A stretch of DNA of 62,939 nucleotides from Chloroflexota bacterium. GTDB taxonomy: Bacteria; Chloroflexota; Dehalococcoidia; JACPPY01. The stretch is taken from NCBI GenBank assembly GCA_016190755.1, contig JACPPY010000054.1, forward strand, positions 1-62,939. The letters are read 5' to 3'. The translations under genes and the position numbers were made by a program. Within the stretch, counting starts at the first letter, position 1. Every line of letters begins with the position of its first letter. Under the pieces are notes generated by a model. The model saw nothing but the letters and a program-made list of their open reading frames with translations, made no database searches and was not told where the DNA came from. This document shows, piece by piece, positions 55,782 to 62,939 of this stretch.

Positions 55782-56438
55782 ATGATTCTACTATTGATTA
55801 AAGACGAGGCCAGGCAATCGCGCCTAAAGGCGGACCTGGCTGAGGTGGGGCAGTCTCTTCAGACGGTGGGCACGACGGACGAGCTCACGATGCATGCCGC
55901 ATCCGACCCGAGCATGATGGTGCTGGATGGCGATAGCTTCCCGTTGGGTAACAGGCTATACCAGCCCGGCGGTGCGTCGGTGCCAGTGCTCGCGCTGGTG
56001 CCGGAGGCGAGGCTGCCCGAGTTGCAGTTGAACGGCCACGTAGATGACTTCCTGCTGGAACCATACCGGAAGCCGGAGCTGGTGACCAGAGTCCTGCGGC
56101 TCATGAAAGGGCACGATAAGGCGCAGGAAAACGTGCCGGTTGTGCTTGGGGACGTGACCATAGACGAGGCCGAGTTCTGCGTGACGCTCAACGGCCAAAA
56201 AGTAGACCTGGCTTACAAAGAGTACGCCCTGCTGAAATACCTCGCCGAAAGGCCTGACAAAGTGTTCACGCGGGAGACGCTGTTGGCCAAGGTCTGGGGG
56301 CCGGAATACTTCGGCGGCGCCAGGACTGTCGATGTACATGTCCGGCGGTTGCGAAGCAAGCTGGCGAGCAGCCAGCGAGTTTCTATCGAGACAGTGAGAA
56401 ACGTGGGGTACAGGTTGAGGGCGTCACATCAGCCTTGA
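55782..56438 (+). CDS. OmpR/PhoB-type winged-helix response regulator with an atypical receiver domain (orphan, GlnR-like context)
   Basis: The C-terminal VTLNGQKVDLAYKEYALLKYLAERPDKVFTRETLLAKVWG...VDVHVRRLRSKL...VRNVGYRL is trans_reg_C. The receiver starts MILLLIKDE... No kinase gene is nearby, and glnA follows. Confidence 0.85.
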   Translation: MILLLIKDEARQSRLKADLAEVGQSLQTVGTTDELTMHAASDPSMMVLDGDSFPLGNRLYQPGGASVPVLALVPEARLPELQLNGHVDDFLLEPYRKPELVTRVLRLMKGHDKAQENVPVVLGDVTIDEAEFCVTLNGQKVDLAYKEYALLKYLAERPDKVFTRETLLAKVWGPEYFGGARTVDVHVRRLRSKLASSQRVSIETVRNVGYRLRASHQP

Positions 56439-56493
56439 AAACACAAATAGAAACAGAGCTCCTTTCACTTAGTAATCAGAATAGGAGGTATGA

Positions 56494-57927
56494 ATGACAG
56501 TACAGTCTATCAGCAAGGGGCAGGAGGTCATCAGGCTTAGCCGGGAGAAGGGTTGCCTTATGGTCGATCTCAAGTTCATCGACCTGCCGGGGCTGTGGCA
56601 GCACATATCAATACCGGCCAATCAGCTAAAGGAAAGTCTCTTTGTCGAGGGAATGGGCTTCGACGGCTCATCCATACGCGGTTTCCAGAAGATCCACGAG
56701 AGCGACATGCTTCTTGTGCCCGACCCGGAAACAGCCGTGGTAGACCCCATACTGGAAGTCCCTACGTTGACTATGATCTGCGATATCAAAGACCCGGCCA
56801 CCGGTAAAAGCTACTCCAGGGACCCTCGCTTCATTGCCCGCAAGGCCGAGGCCTACCTGCAGGCTAGCGGCATAGCCGATGTCAGCTACTGGGGACCGGA
56901 GTTGGAGTTCTTCATACTCAACAGCGTGAAGTACGACCAGAACAGCCACTGCGGCTACTATTATCTGGACTCAATAGAGGGGATCTGGAACTCGGGCAAC
57001 GGGACCGGAGACAACTCCGGGTACCGGCCGCGCCACAAGGAGGGCTACTTCCCGGTGCCACCCACGGATAAGCTGCAAGACCTGCGCTCCAGGATAGCCC
57101 TGACGATGATCGATGCCGGCATTGAGATAGAGATCCACCATCACGAGGTTGCCACCGCCGGCCAGGTCGAGTTCGGCATGAGGTTCAACTCTCTCACGCG
57201 CCAGGCGGACAACGTCATGCTCTACAAGTACATCGCCAAGAACGTGTGCGCCAAGCACGGCTTCACGGCCACCTTCATGCCCAAACCTTTGTTCCAGGAC
57301 AATGGGTCGGGCATGCACGTGCACCAGAGCCTGTGGATGAATGGCAGCAACCTGTTCTACGACCGGAACGGCTACGGCATGATCAGCGACATAGCGAAGT
57401 ATTATATAGGCGGGCTGCTCCATCATTCGCCTGCGCTGCTGGCCTTCTGCGCGCCGACGACCAACTCCTACCGGAGACTTGTTCCCGGGTACGAGGCCCC
57501 GATCAATTTGGTCTACTCCGCGCGCAACCGCAGCGCATCCGTGCGCATACCGACGTACTCCACGAACCCCAAGATAAAGCGCATCGAGTACCGACCGCCG
57601 GACGGCTCAAGCAACCCTTACCTGGCCTTCTCCGCCATGCTCATGGCCGGCTTGGATGGCATCAAGAAGAGGATGGACCCCGGCCAACCCATGGACGTTG
57701 ATGTCTACGAGCTTGACCCTCACGAGGCTGCCAAGGTGAAGTCCACGCCCGGCTCGCTGGGCGAGGTGCTAGATGCGCTGGAAAAGGACCACGAATTCCT
57801 GCTCGAGGGTAGAGTCTTCACGCCTGACTTGCTGGACATGTGGGTAAGCCAGAAGCGGAAGAACGAGATAGGCCCGGTGGCCCTGCGGCCGCACCCGTAC
57901 GAGTTCCACCTCTATTTCGACGTGTAG
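56494..57927 (+). CDS. glnA: Glutamine synthetase type I
   Basis: 477 aa. FDGSSIRGF, PKPLFQDNGSGMHVHQS, NSYRRLVPGYEAP and the SVRIP motifs. Confidence 0.97.
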   Translation: MTVQSISKGQEVIRLSREKGCLMVDLKFIDLPGLWQHISIPANQLKESLFVEGMGFDGSSIRGFQKIHESDMLLVPDPETAVVDPILEVPTLTMICDIKDPATGKSYSRDPRFIARKAEAYLQASGIADVSYWGPELEFFILNSVKYDQNSHCGYYYLDSIEGIWNSGNGTGDNSGYRPRHKEGYFPVPPTDKLQDLRSRIALTMIDAGIEIEIHHHEVATAGQVEFGMRFNSLTRQADNVMLYKYIAKNVCAKHGFTATFMPKPLFQDNGSGMHVHQSLWMNGSNLFYDRNGYGMISDIAKYYIGGLLHHSPALLAFCAPTTNSYRRLVPGYEAPINLVYSARNRSASVRIPTYSTNPKIKRIEYRPPDGSSNPYLAFSAMLMAGLDGIKKRMDPGQPMDVDVYELDPHEAAKVKSTPGSLGEVLDALEKDHEFLLEGRVFTPDLLDMWVSQKRKNEIGPVALRPHPYEFHLYFDV

Positions 57928-57968
57928 GCTGGCCGTGGCCTGATCTCCCGACCAAATCAATAGATACG

Positions 57969-57987
57969 AACATGACACCCCCCCGAA
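57969..57987. repeat. Degenerate copy 4 of the hairpin element (left arm preserved)
   Basis: AACATGACACCCCCCCGAA versus AACATGACACACCCCGAA. The downstream right arm is decayed. Confidence 0.45.
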
Positions 57988-58176
57988 AAACGCCTGAGCA
58001 GGTAGAGTAGGGGAAAGGAAAATGGCCCTCCGGGCATACGCTGGTAGCAACAAACACACAGCAATACCGGAGGGCTATCCATATGCGCAATACCACCGAT
58101 GCAGCGAGTCGGCGGCCTCGCCGGTGATCAATGCCGGGACGCTCTACCAGTAATGCAGGGAGGCCGGGGCCAGGTG

Positions 58177-58416
58177 ATGAAAGGGACACGCAAGAGCTAT
58201 CTGCTGCGCATCAACGCGGACCTGTGGGAAGAACTCAACGAGTGGGCCGCCAGCGAGTTCCGCAGCGTCAACGGGCAAATAGAGATGCTGCTGCAGCGCG
58301 CTGTGGACGAACACCGGCACAGGCATCGCTACGGCGCGGCTGGCAATAGTGCTGCCCAGCAATCCGGTGCCCCGGATGTACCGGCCGAGACAACAAACGC
58401 GGGACAGGAGGATTGA
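58177..58416 (+). CDS. Arc-family ribbon-helix-helix DNA-binding protein
   Basis: MKGTRKSYLLRINADLWEELNEWAASEFRSVNGQIEMLLQRAV is the Arc/RHH pattern, followed by a disordered tail. Confidence 0.7.
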   Translation: MKGTRKSYLLRINADLWEELNEWAASEFRSVNGQIEMLLQRAVDEHRHRHRYGAAGNSAAQQSGAPDVPAETTNAGQED

Positions 58417-58569
58417 GGGAGGCGGAGCTATCGCTGAACCTGAAGGTATGCGCGCAGAATCAGCAGAATCAATAGTGTGGGAGATCGGAGCGGAGAACGA
58501 CTGCGGAGATGCTTCGACTATACTCAAGCCAAGGTGGAATCTACATTAGCAGAATTTGTATTGCATTCT

Positions 58570-58598
58570 CCCGCAAATCACCTGACATATTTTGCGGG
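58570..58598. terminator. Hairpin between convergent genes
   Basis: CCCGCAAA-13 nt-TTTGCGGG followed by TTTCACC on the + strand. Confidence 0.5.
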
Positions 58599-58631
58599 TT
58601 TCACCTTGGCTTCAGTTTAGGGTGACGCCTT

Positions 58632-59096
58632 CTACGGTGTTTGGGTGGCTTGACCCGTCACCATCCTGGAGTAACGAACCTCAAGTGCAATCCGTGTAAT
58701 GGGTCTGCCATCGAATTGCACGTTGAACCAATAAAGCCCCTCAAGTTTGTAAACCATATCCAATCGGGTTATTATAGATACGCCTCTTGAACCCCCTTCC
58801 ATGTTCACAGACATTGTCATCGGATTTAACCTCTCGGCTGAAGGCAACTCCGGGATGATGGTGATATCATGTCGTCCCCTGGATACTCCTGACTTCAGAA
58901 CAAGGACAAGCATTAGTGGGTAATGAATCTCCGGCATATCAGCGGGAGCGTTGGGGCCGTGCTCAGTGTGCGTGACGACGTCTACCAGACGAATCAGTGA
59001 GACCACTCCGTCTGCCTCGCGAAGCACGCGTTCGCACAGGGCAGCGACCTGCACAAAAGGGCCTCTGTCAAAAGGGTTTACTGGTTCTACTGTCAT
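58632..59096 (-). CDS. Hypothetical protein, all-beta-looking, family not recognised
   Basis: 154-aa ORF with good protein-like composition. Same strand as, and downstream of, the GalT-like gene. Confidence 0.65.
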   Translation of the reverse strand: MTVEPVNPFDRGPFVQVAALCERVLREADGVVSLIRLVDVVTHTEHGPNAPADMPEIHYPLMLVLVLKSGVSRGRHDITIIPELPSAERLNPMTMSVNMEGGSRGVSIITRLDMVYKLEGLYWFNVQFDGRPITRIALEVRYSRMVTGQATQTP

Positions 59097-59304
59097 ATGC
59101 CCTGTCCTCCGGCTCCGTCATAGCGAGAACAGCATTCCTGCGATGCCAGGTTGGCTGTCTGCGTGATCGCGGGCTCATAATACGGCCATAGCAGCTCATT
59201 CAGCAAGAGTTCATGCAGTCGGACTGTGCAATTCCTCGAATTGGGGCGCCATTGATACTTTCGACGTATGGGGCTAGCCAGGAATGCTTAGGAGGCTGGT
59301 TTTT

Positions 59305-60450
59305 TCATGCCTGGCAGCGGGACTCCGCCAGCCCCTTTTCCAGTGTGCAAAGCTTCAAGAGCCGGGCTATCTCGAAGGGGTCGGAGGAGATGACGGGGCT
59401 GGCGTACAGCTCCATGGTGCCGATATCGCAGGATGGGCTCTTCGGCTGGCCGCGGTCAACCACACGCGCCATCGCCGGGAACCCCTCCCAGCTTTCCTCG
59501 GTGGGCGCAATAGGGGGTGTGACCACCATCAGGTTGAAAGAGGTAACATTCATCATGTCCCTCAGGCAGGAGATGGCATCGTAGACCCCGTCTTTGAAAT
59601 AGTCGTCGTACCGCTGGGAGAGCACCATGATTTCCTTCTCTTTTACCGGTGTCAGGTAGGAGAACAGGCGCACTCCATTGCGTTCGACGGTAAGTCCCAG
59701 CGTGTCGTGTATTTCCACCAGGTCGTCGAAGTAAGAGCTGCCGTGTCTTTCCTTGTAGGCCAAAGCCGCCCGGCGCAGGGCCTCGATCTTAGGGTAATGG
59801 CTGCCTACGCCCAGCGTCATCTGTGCATGACCGTGCAGCAGGCTTGCTCCCGCCCTCCTTAGGCAGTTCCAGATGAATAGGTAGTACTTCGCCTCCGGTT
59901 CGTACTCGTGGGCCTTCTGCGCCCACTTCCAGGCGGTATCCAGGTAATCGTGCACCTGCTCCCGCTCGAAGGCCAGCGGGTTTGGGCTATCGAAAATGAC
60001 CAATCCGTGCAGACCATCGTACTTGGCCACGTTGCTCGCGGTGATGCAGTACTTGCCGCGTATGCGCCCGAAGGGGTCTGCCGGGGTAAGTTTAAGCGGG
60101 TCATGCAGCGGGTCGGTCTTGGAGCTGTCGATGATGGAAGCCTGTATGCTCAGCTTCTCGTACATGTCTATGGGGCGCGAAGCCCTTATGCTGTTATAGA
60201 GCGCACCTTCGAAGGTGACCATGTTGGTGATCTTCGTCACCTTCTGCTCGACGACGCTGTCCACCGAGCCGAACTGCTGGCCTATCCAGGATATCATCTC
60301 CGGCGGCGGGTCCAGGTAACCCATAACCGCGATTATATGGAAGATGCGGTTGAAAAGCGCCTTTCCTTCCGGGGACAGGGCTTCGACGATCTCATACAGG
60401 TCCGCTATGCCGGTGCAGACTATCCGAGGCGGTAGTTTCTCAACTTCCAA
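59305..60450 (-). CDS. GalT-like HIT-superfamily nucleotidyltransferase/phosphorylase (HxHxQ motif)
   Basis: NSIRASRPID, FIWNCLRRAGASLLHGHAQM and the C-terminal DIGTMELYASPVISSDPFEIARLLK follow the motif order of the galactose-1-phosphate uridylyltransferase fold. I preferred TTG 60450 (GGAG 6 nt upstream). The track start ATG 60579 adds 43 odd residues. Confidence 0.75.
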   Translation of the reverse strand: MEVEKLPPRIVCTGIADLYEIVEALSPEGKALFNRIFHIIAVMGYLDPPPEMISWIGQQFGSVDSVVEQKVTKITNMVTFEGALYNSIRASRPIDMYEKLSIQASIIDSSKTDPLHDPLKLTPADPFGRIRGKYCITASNVAKYDGLHGLVIFDSPNPLAFEREQVHDYLDTAWKWAQKAHEYEPEAKYYLFIWNCLRRAGASLLHGHAQMTLGVGSHYPKIEALRRAALAYKERHGSSYFDDLVEIHDTLGLTVERNGVRLFSYLTPVKEKEIMVLSQRYDDYFKDGVYDAISCLRDMMNVTSFNLMVVTPPIAPTEESWEGFPAMARVVDRGQPKSPSCDIGTMELYASPVISSDPFEIARLLKLCTLEKGLAESRCQA

Positions 60451-60747
60451 CTTCGACTCCGAAACACCTGAACTGCATGATACAGACGAAAGCGGCAAGC
60501 GATTCTTTAGAGCTAGTATAACAGAAACGACTGGAGGGATATCGCCGCGCCTGACATTGACGTTTGCGCAGGTGCACATGCCGAGGGACCAAAAACAGAG
60601 GCAACCCGAATCGAAATACGGGCTGCCTCTGTAAGCGAAATACTCTTACTTACCGCCGGTCGCCACCATGTATCTGGCGGCTGTCAGATGTTCTTGCTGG
60701 AACCAAGCAGGGCCGCTACCTCCTGGCCGTCATAGTCTGAAAGACGC

Positions 60748-60891
60748 TCACCTGAGTGCGGCTACCACGGCGACGATCCCAACTACGATCAGATAGATGC
60801 CGATGATGTAGGCTATGATGCGGGGCCATATGATGATAATGATTCCAGCAAGTATGCTCAGTATACCGGCTATTAGGCCACCTGTCGGCAT
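60748..60891 (-). CDS. Small two-TM membrane protein (DUF3096-like)
   Basis: MPTGGLIAGILSILAGIIIIIWPRIIAYIIGIYLIVVGIVAVVAALR. Confidence 0.6.
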   Translation of the reverse strand: MPTGGLIAGILSILAGIIIIIWPRIIAYIIGIYLIVVGIVAVVAALR

Positions 60892-60980
60892 GTCGTTGTC
60901 CTCCAGTCTCCAGAGTTCGAGAACTAGTGATTCGTTACCAGGAACCAGGGACAATTCTTACGACGAAGTGCAAGCAAATT

Positions 60981-61694
60981 CTACAAGTCCAGTATGGTGA
61001 TCTGGCGGGTCACCCTGTCTAACCAGGCCGCCGAACCTTCGGATAGCTGGCCCGGGTTTACCAGCATCACGTGCGGGTCTGTCCGGTCGCCGCCGCGGTG
61101 TTCCTTCGTACCGGAAACCACGCAGATCGCCGGGTGGTAGTTATTCAGGAACTCCGTAACCAGGAAGCTGCCATCTTCCCCAGAAAGTCTGCCTGTAGGC
61201 GGCTGTGAGAGGAGAAGCACTTTTATGGGCTGGTCAGCCTGCCATAGTGTGCGCAAGAAGTACTCCGCCGAGGAATGAGAGTACTTGATGATCGGCCCCT
61301 CAGAGTCCTCCCTCTCTGTAAGCTGGCCGCCCAGGCCGCATATTGCCAGTTCGCCTTTGACTACCGGTGTGGCATGCACGACGAAGACATTGGTGAACGC
61401 CAGTTCGGCATTCTTCGATGCGCGGAGGAACCTGGACAGGGGCGCGTCATTTGGTCCTGGGATGATAAAGGCCAGACTTCCTGTACGGCCCATGGTCTCG
61501 AAGAACTTGTCGAGGAGTTCCACATACTTCTTCTCATCTGTGCCGGGGCGGACCACTCCTCCGGCGAATAATATACCGTCCGGTCTTCTCTCCTGCACCA
61601 GGCTGAACATCTTCTCCAGAGCCTTTTCATCCCCATTTACCCCGGCGCAGGCCAGGACTCTCCTTAGCGATCTCCGCGTTGAGGCGATTCTCAT
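60981..61694 (-). CDS. Calcineurin-like metallophosphoesterase-fold protein with degenerate metal-binding motifs
   Basis: 237 aa. The motif order resembles MPEs (VLACAGVNGD..., ILFAGGVV, IIPGPNDAP, ...VVSGTKEH), but the canonical D-x-H, GD and GNHD residues are largely replaced. Confidence 0.65.
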   Translation of the reverse strand: MRIASTRRSLRRVLACAGVNGDEKALEKMFSLVQERRPDGILFAGGVVRPGTDEKKYVELLDKFFETMGRTGSLAFIIPGPNDAPLSRFLRASKNAELAFTNVFVVHATPVVKGELAICGLGGQLTEREDSEGPIIKYSHSSAEYFLRTLWQADQPIKVLLLSQPPTGRLSGEDGSFLVTEFLNNYHPAICVVSGTKEHRGGDRTDPHVMLVNPGQLSEGSAAWLDRVTRQITILDL

Positions 61695-62076
61695 CTTTCT
61701 TTCCTCCGGTCACATTGCCTGAAGCCTGCAATTCGACCGCCGCTCACTGCGAAATTCATGGGTGGTCGAGTTTCCTTCTACTCTAATGATACACCAGCAT
61801 AGCGGACGCGTATGTGCACGGAGGACGATGGTTGCCCGAACAGACGCTATGCAAGACGACCTCCTGGTACTCCTTTCGTGATAGGCCCCTACTTACAGGC
61901 ACGCTACCTCGTTGTAGCGGCTTCCTAAGGCCTTGAATAGGTGTTGACACTGATTCTTATTGCTTGGGAACCCTACTTTAGGCTAATGACTAGGGTTGGG
62001 CAATGCCACGCTCCCAGAACGAGAGCACCGCGCGTGGACCAAAAATAAGGAACCCAATACCAACAGGAGGCATAAC

Positions 62077-62352
62077 ATGACAATGGGATCTGCAGGCGGA
62101 AGGGGCCAGGAATCAATGTCGGAAAGAGGCCAGAGGGGAGGGGAAGCGTCAATGCACACCGAGAAGGTCAGCGCATCTGAGCTGGCAATGTACCTGAAAG
62201 GGATCAATTTCCCCGCAGACAAGCAGAAGGTGATCAGCGCTGCCAGGAGCAACAACGCCCCAGAGAACGTCATAAATTTCCTGAACAGGCTTCCCAGCCG
62301 GCAGTACAGCGCCCCGACAGAGATCGAAGAAGAATTCAGCAAGATCAAATAG
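62077..62352 (+). CDS. DUF2795-like small protein
   Basis: AGGAGG lies 6 nt before ATG 62077. VSASELAMYLKGINFPADKQKVISAARSNNAPENVINFLNRLPSRQYSAPTEI is the DUF2795 pattern (from memory). Confidence 0.8.
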   Translation: MTMGSAGGRGQESMSERGQRGGEASMHTEKVSASELAMYLKGINFPADKQKVISAARSNNAPENVINFLNRLPSRQYSAPTEIEEEFSKIK

Positions 62353-62391
62353 GCCCGACTCGTCGGGCCCGACCTGTGTGAAAAGCCAAAG

Positions 62392-62443
62392 CATGACACA
62401 CCCCGAATTTCACGGGAGCACCGTGTAGGTTCGGGGTGTGTCA
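62392..62443. repeat. Palindromic hairpin element, intact copy 2
   Basis: CATGACACACCCCGAA - tttcacgggagcaccgtgtagg - TTCGGGGTGTGTCA. The loop differs from copy 1 by 1 nt. It lies 40 nt after the DUF2795 stop and 31 nt from the end of the IS110 remnant. Confidence 0.85.
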
Positions 62444-62474
62444 ATCATTACCAGGACAGCGGCGTATCGTCTTA

Positions 62475-62852
62475 CTATGAAAATACCGGCTGTGGGACCT
62501 CCAGGGTTACTTTGTAGCCCAGCCTCTCGATGCGCTGCACTGCCCTCTTGATCACAGCCTGGGACCTTCTCTGCTCGAAGTAGTCGCTGCCAAGCTCCTG
62601 GTAACCAGTGCCTTCCTTCAGCATGTGGTAGATCATCACCAGTATGCTATGGGCTACCGCCATCACCGCCCTCTTGTCTCCCCTCCGTGCCGCTATGCGG
62701 TGGTACTGCGCATTCATGTATGTCCCCGCACAACGTATGGCGCTGCGTGCCGCTATCACCAGAGTGGAACGTAACCAGCGGTTCCCTTTGGGTGTACGCC
62801 CGCTCTTGCGGGAGCACGCAGAGCACAATCTTTTTATGGGAGGGCACTTCGC
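62475..62852 (-). pseudogene. IS110-family transposase, C-terminal fragment only
   Basis: ...SRKSGRTPKGNRWLRSTLVIAARSAIRCAGTYMNAQYHRIAARRGDKRAVMAVAHSILVMIYHMLKEG... is the Transposase_20 C-terminal domain. The frame opens just after a stop at 62853-62855, and no DEDD N-terminal domain lies upstream. Confidence 0.75.
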
Positions 62853-62875
62853 TCAGTCGTCGCAGGAGGTGTGAG

Positions 62876-62939
62876 ATGGAAGTCATCTACGAGCGCTGCT
62901 GCGGGCTGGACATTCACAAGAAGACCGTGGCCTGTGTTA
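62876..62939 (+). CDS. IS110-family transposase, N-terminus (runs off the window)
   Basis: GCAGGAGG lies 5 nt before ATG 62876. MEVIYERCCGLDIHKKTVACV is the typical start of a DEDD_Tnp_IS110 domain. Confidence 0.7.
   Translation, partial: MEVIYERCCGLDIHKKTVACV

Noticed and set aside
55637-57987. The regulator-glnA unit as a transposon bounded by terminal inverted repeats.
   Set aside because: The two arms are best explained as surviving halves of two separate hairpin elements, since decayed partner arms are visible beside each. No transposase or target duplication is seen. It is kept only as a low-interest rearrangement-substrate note.
1-62939. tRNA, rRNA, tmRNA, RNase P or SRP RNA genes in the intergenic regions.
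   Set aside because: By eye I found no cloverleaf-compatible sequences and none of the conserved cores, such as GAGGAAAGUCC for RNase P or GGAAGCAGCC for SRP. A tRNAscan/Infernal run would be needed to be certain.

Overview
This 62.9-kb window is moderately GC-rich bacterial chromosome. All calls come from reading the sequence and the ORF track by eye; no searches were run. Most of it is core housekeeping DNA: recA-recX; an hrcA-grpE-dnaK operon with a near-perfect CIRCE operator; secA-prs-glyA; thrS-infC-rpmI-rplT-pheS-pheT; glnA; lspA; a NifS-type cysteine desulfurase; and an ECF sigma/anti-sigma pair. This gene order and these signals suggest a Chloroflexota or Gram-positive-type lineage, but that is inference only.

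The core is interrupted by five accessory patches:
1. 1-4.9 kb: an IS3 end, an orphan GHKL/MORC-like ATPase that seems to lack its N-terminus, an RHH+SEC-C fusion protein, a PH-domain membrane gene bracketed by 55-nt direct repeats, and hicAB.
2. 15.25-16.5 kb: a decayed, gene-poor stretch with a recombinase-like remnant.
3. 33-46.8 kb: a paralogue-rich cluster with 2 MmgE/PrpD genes, 3 solute-binding lipoproteins, 2 fused ABC permeases, a TIM-barrel hydrolase and no ABC ATPase.
4. 47-48.6 kb: a zinc-ribbon protein with a histone-H1-like tail, a stand-alone LigD-type 3'-phosphoesterase, and a frameshifted VOC remnant.
5. 58-62.9 kb: an Arc-like RHH, a GalT/HIT-like nucleotidyltransferase, a degenerate metallophosphoesterase, and IS110 debris.

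The most interesting signal lies inside the third patch. Two small same-frame ORFs (42002..42298 and 42362..42562) are separated only by a TGA. That TGA is followed by a SECIS-like hairpin and sits in a U-G-G-C motif, so they form a candidate selenoprotein. It has its own promoter-like sequence and is translationally coupled to an uncharacterised 361-aa protein.

A roughly 58-nt palindromic hairpin repeat (two intact and two degenerate copies) sits just downstream of gene 3' ends. One copy lies 31 nt from the IS110 remnant. I found no rRNA genes, tRNA genes or CRISPR arrays.
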